Positions 60,574 to 64,000 of a stretch of DNA of 64,000 bases are shown one piece after another (position 1 is the first letter of the stretch; every line of letters starts with the position of its first letter). The translations under genes and the position numbers were made by a program. The notes beneath the pieces were generated by a model, which saw only the letters and a list, made by a program, of their open reading frames with translations, searched no databases and had not been told where the DNA came from. Origin of the DNA: Nitrospirota bacterium (lineage in GTDB: Bacteria > Nitrospirota > Thermodesulfovibrionia > Thermodesulfovibrionales > Dissulfurispiraceae); the NCBI GenBank assembly GCA_040758355.1, contig JBFLWF010000011.1:1-64000 (forward strand), written 5' to 3'.

Positions 60574-62798
60574 CGACAGCAATCAGTAATCAGCAATCAG
60601 CCGTCAGCAATCAGCGGACGAATAGAAAAGCGATAACAGTAGCGGTTGCAGGAAATCCGAATTCGGGTAAATCCACGCTCATAAACGCCATAGCCGGAAC
60701 GCGGCTTCATGTCGGCAACTGGCCCGGAGTTACGGTCGAGAAAAAATCGGCCGTATTCGGACATGAAGGCAGAGACATAAAACTCGTGGATCTTCCGGGC
60801 ATATACAGCCTGAGCCCTTATACTCAGGAAGAGATAATCGCAAGGGACTATCTCGTTCACGAAAAACCGGATGTGATCATCGATGTTGTTGATGCAACAA
60901 ATCTTGAGAGAAATCTCTACCTTACGGTTCAACTTATGGAACTGAGCATCCCGGTTGTCATCGCCTTGAATATCTATGACGAGGCTGAAAAGAAAGGCTA
61001 TAAGATCGACATAAAGGCGATGGAAAAGATGCTCGGCATCAGGATAATCCCGACTATAGCGACTAAGAAATCCGGACTGGACGCCTTATTAAAGACAGTC
61101 GCTGAAGTTGCGGACAATCCGGCACTGCACAGTCCTAAGAAATTGCATTATGAGGACGATATCGAATCCGCCGCCGCTGCTGTGGAGATGCACATCAAAA
61201 ACAGTTATCCGCAGCTTGCGGAAAAATATCCTTTGAGATGGCTTTCCTTAAAGCTTATAGAAGGAGACCCGCATGTGCAAAAAGAGATAAATCTTTCCGG
61301 CGAAGATGCGTTTGTCAATGAAGCCATGATTCATCTCAAAAAGGTTCACGGAGAAGACATCGAATCCATAATGGCGGATGAAAGGTATGCTAAGGCTGCA
61401 GGACTCACTCATGAGGTCTTGAAAATGCCCACGGTCAGAAAAATGGAAATGACGGAAAGGATAGACAGGATAGTCCTTAACAGGTTTTTAGGCATACCTA
61501 TATTCCTTTCCGCCATGTGGCTTGTATTCAAATTCACCTTCGATGTATCAACGCCTTTCGCCGACTGGATAGACGCCATGACTGCCGGCCCATTCAAGAG
61601 ATGGGCGGAGGCGATACTCGGTTTTATCCAAGCACCTGAATGGACGGTATCGCTTGCGACTGACGGTATTATTGCGGGCGTCGGATTTGTCATAGTGTTT
61701 GTGCCTGTCATATTCGCAATGATGTTTTTCATAACATTCCTTGAGGGAAGCGGGTACATGGCGAGGGCAGCGTTCGTTATGGACAGGGCAATGCATGCAA
61801 TAGGTCTTCACGGAAAATCCTTCATCCCGATGCTTTTAGGGTTCGGCTGCAACGTGCCTGCCGTCTACGCCACGAGGGTTCTTGAAAATCCGAGGGATAA
61901 GGCTCTCACATCTCTGCTCATACCTCTTATGTCGTGCGGCGCGAGGCTCCCCGTATATGTGGTGTTCATAGGCGCGTTTTTTACGCGCAACGCGGGAACG
62001 GTTCTCTGGTCCCTTTATGTAATGGGAATAGCTCTCGCAATCTTGATGGGTATCATATTCAAGAAGACCCTTTTCAAAGGCGAATCCCCGATGTTCATAA
62101 TGGAGCTTCCGCCATATAGGATGCCTTCTTTCAGGAGCCTCATGATACACACATGGGAAAAGGGAAAGCACTTCCTCATTAAGGCTGGGACTTACATCCT
62201 TGCAGTATCCATACTTGTATGGTTTCTTTTGAACCTGCCATGGGGCGTTGAGAACAAGAAAGACTCTTACTTAGGCAGAATGGGGCAGGTAATAGCACCA
62301 GTATTAGAACCTCTCGGATTCGGCAATTGGGAGGCTGCATCGTCGCTCGTTTCGGGACTGATCGCAAAAGAGATAGTCGCGGGGACAATGGGAGAGATAT
62401 ACGTTCAAAAGACGGAGGACGATAAGAAAGAAAAGCCTTCGTTAACCGATGACTTGAAAGAGATAGGGACATCATTTGCGAACGCCGTTAAGGATTCGGC
62501 GTCGAATGTAATTTCGACCCTTGGCATATCAAGTCTGAGCAGCGAGGAATCCACCGAAGAAACGGAAGAAAGAATGCCTCTCCGGGATGTGATTAAAACT
62601 CAGTTTACGCCATTGAGCGCTTATGCCTTTATTGCCTTTGTTCTTCTCTATATGCCATGCGTAGTTGTGGCGATAGCGATGCGGCAGGAATTTGGCACAT
62701 GGAAGTGGTTTGGGATCGCATTCGCATACCAGATGGCACTGGCATGGGTTACAGCCTTTGTGATTTATCAGGGCGGGAAAATAATTGGATTGGGATAA
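60570..62798 (+). CDS. feoB: Ferrous iron transport protein B
   Basis: GNPNSGKS, GNWPGVTVE, DLPGIYS, GFGCNVP, SCGARLP, MELPPY, LYMPC. Confidence 0.97.
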   Translation: MTTAISNQQSAVSNQRTNRKAITVAVAGNPNSGKSTLINAIAGTRLHVGNWPGVTVEKKSAVFGHEGRDIKLVDLPGIYSLSPYTQEEIIARDYLVHEKPDVIIDVVDATNLERNLYLTVQLMELSIPVVIALNIYDEAEKKGYKIDIKAMEKMLGIRIIPTIATKKSGLDALLKTVAEVADNPALHSPKKLHYEDDIESAAAAVEMHIKNSYPQLAEKYPLRWLSLKLIEGDPHVQKEINLSGEDAFVNEAMIHLKKVHGEDIESIMADERYAKAAGLTHEVLKMPTVRKMEMTERIDRIVLNRFLGIPIFLSAMWLVFKFTFDVSTPFADWIDAMTAGPFKRWAEAILGFIQAPEWTVSLATDGIIAGVGFVIVFVPVIFAMMFFITFLEGSGYMARAAFVMDRAMHAIGLHGKSFIPMLLGFGCNVPAVYATRVLENPRDKALTSLLIPLMSCGARLPVYVVFIGAFFTRNAGTVLWSLYVMGIALAILMGIIFKKTLFKGESPMFIMELPPYRMPSFRSLMIHTWEKGKHFLIKAGTYILAVSILVWFLLNLPWGVENKKDSYLGRMGQVIAPVLEPLGFGNWEAASSLVSGLIAKEIVAGTMGEIYVQKTEDDKKEKPSLTDDLKEIGTSFANAVKDSASNVISTLGISSLSSEESTEETEERMPLRDVIKTQFTPLSAYAFIAFVLLYMPCVVVAIAMRQEFGTWKWFGIAFAYQMALAWVTAFVIYQGGKIIGLG
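60577..60615 (+). repeat. Heptamer repeat within the feoB 5' end
   Basis: CAGCAAT CAGTAAT CAGCAAT CAGCCGT CAGCAAT CAGC. Confidence 0.8.
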
Positions 62799-63007
62799 TG
62801 GGTTATAAAACTTAATACAACAGGCAAGCTGACTTTCGCAAAATAATTAGTCGTCTATGTATGATTTATGTAAATACAGAATACAAAGTTTTCACAGTGC
62901 AAAGGCGAGGGGCAGTCGTTACTTTGCCCCTTAGAGAACCCAGCAATTTTGCTTCAAGTCAGCCAACCTGCTGTATTAACTGAATGAAAAAATCTTTGGA
63001 GGTTAAG

Positions 63008-63136
63008 ATGGGATTTGTTGATGTTGCGTTAATGGCTGTGATTATCGCGGGAGCGGTATATCTCTTATACCGCTCCCTCTGGAAAAAGAAAGGGCATTGT
63101 CCGGGCTGCGATTCAGAGACATGCACTAAAAAATAG
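63008..63136 (+). CDS. FeoB-associated Cys-rich membrane protein (not in the ORF track)
   Basis: GGAGG RBS; MGFVDVALMAVIIAGAVYLLYRSLWKKKGHCPGCDSETCTKK. Confidence 0.8.
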   Translation: MGFVDVALMAVIIAGAVYLLYRSLWKKKGHCPGCDSETCTKK

Positions 63137-63157
63137 GGGCATATGATAGAATAAACC

Positions 63158-64000
63158 ATGAAAATACCGAGGGTCATGTCCACCCAGCACCCTGACAATG
63201 TCCTTCTGCCCTTCTTTGCAGAAAGCCAGGATATGTCTGGTGACGATGAAATCCAGGAGGCATACTATGCCTTTTCTCATCTTGGATGCGACGAGCAGAT
63301 GTGGGACTGCGAGGGCAAGGAGGTCGACGACTTTGTTGTAAGAAAACTCCTTACCAAATATGAGCATTTCTTCCAGCAAACAAAATTAGGAGAAGATGTA
63401 TTCCTTACATTAAGGGTTCCAAACCCTGATGTAGAAAAGGAAGAGGCAAAAGTGCTCATCGAGACCCTCGAAAGCATACCCCGCTCATGCGATGCAGCAA
63501 GGCTCTTTTACGGCAAGGATATCCCTCCCATCTTTGAGGTGATCCTTCCCATGACAATGTCATCGCAAAGCCTGAACAGGATTTATTACTATTACAAGGA
63601 CTTTGTTGTCGGCAAGCAAAATCAGCCGTTTTATCCGGGGGATATAACCATATCCGAATGGATTGGGGAGTGCAAGCCTGAGAAGATCAATGTAATCCCG
63701 CTCTTTGAAGACAAGGAGCATCAGCTTGAGGCGCACAATATAATGAGGCAATATCTAAAAGGCAAAGACATTAAGCATCAGCGGGTATTTATAGCACGGT
63801 CGGACCCTGCAATGAACTATGGGATGGTAAGCGCCATCCTTTGCAACAAGATTGCCCTTCAGCGATTGAGAAGGCTTTCCGAAGAAACAGGAGTCAAGAT
63901 ATACCCGATACTGGGTGCCGGCTCTGCTCCTTTCAGAGGGCATCTTGCACCGGACACAATTGACATGATATTGGAGGAGTATCCCGATGTCCAAACATTC
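63158..64000 (+). CDS. ppcA: Archaeal-type phosphoenolpyruvate carboxylase (3' partial)
   Basis: MKIPRVMSTQHPDN, EQMWDCEGK, EVILPMT, IPLFED, RVFIARSDPAMNYG, GSAPFRG. Confidence 0.92.
   Translation, partial: MKIPRVMSTQHPDNVLLPFFAESQDMSGDDEIQEAYYAFSHLGCDEQMWDCEGKEVDDFVVRKLLTKYEHFFQQTKLGEDVFLTLRVPNPDVEKEEAKVLIETLESIPRSCDAARLFYGKDIPPIFEVILPMTMSSQSLNRIYYYYKDFVVGKQNQPFYPGDITISEWIGECKPEKINVIPLFEDKEHQLEAHNIMRQYLKGKDIKHQRVFIARSDPAMNYGMVSAILCNKIALQRLRRLSEETGVKIYPILGAGSAPFRGHLAPDTIDMILEEYPDVQTF

Noticed and set aside
62860..62990. Metal riboswitch between feoB and the Cys-rich gene
   Set aside because: Only a simple GGGGCA/TGCCCC hairpin; no recognisable NiCo or yybP core.
201..63994. Numerous short antisense or overlapping ORFs in the six-frame track
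   Set aside because: They shadow well-supported genes and lack motifs or RBS.

Overview
Bacterial chromosomal window. Gene style and content suggest Nitrospirota/Thermodesulfovibrionia, but this is inference only. It is dominated by anaerobic sulfur/nitrogen energy metabolism. From left to right: an IS-truncated heme-c sensor kinase; amrS; norCB with a NarX-like kinase and a receiver; a Ttr/Srd-type Mo-enzyme operon with a candidate Moco-type leader and a NapH-like gene; pit/DUF47/phoRB; aroB and aroK separated by a defence-like insert (a nonsense-split STAND NTPase-nuclease plus DUF6883/DUF4926); pgi; orphan atpZ/atpI; an 11-heme/4-heme/NrfC/NrfD/TorD module; hemL; a ~23 kb minus-strand Sox region; a Fur-box-preceded feoAAB region; and a partial archaeal-type PEP carboxylase. 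The main observation is an operon soxX-Y-Z-A-[NXR-like alpha, beta, TorD chaperone]-soxB with no soxCD and no NXR gamma subunit in the window. Three sigma54 promoters in this region each carry a phased pair of TGTYC-N6-GWACA sites. A tandem PhnD-like protein/kinase/sigma54 activator trio and a candidate ~75-nt sigma54 sRNA or micro-peptide lie in the same region. All family assignments come from motif recognition by eye; no searches were run.
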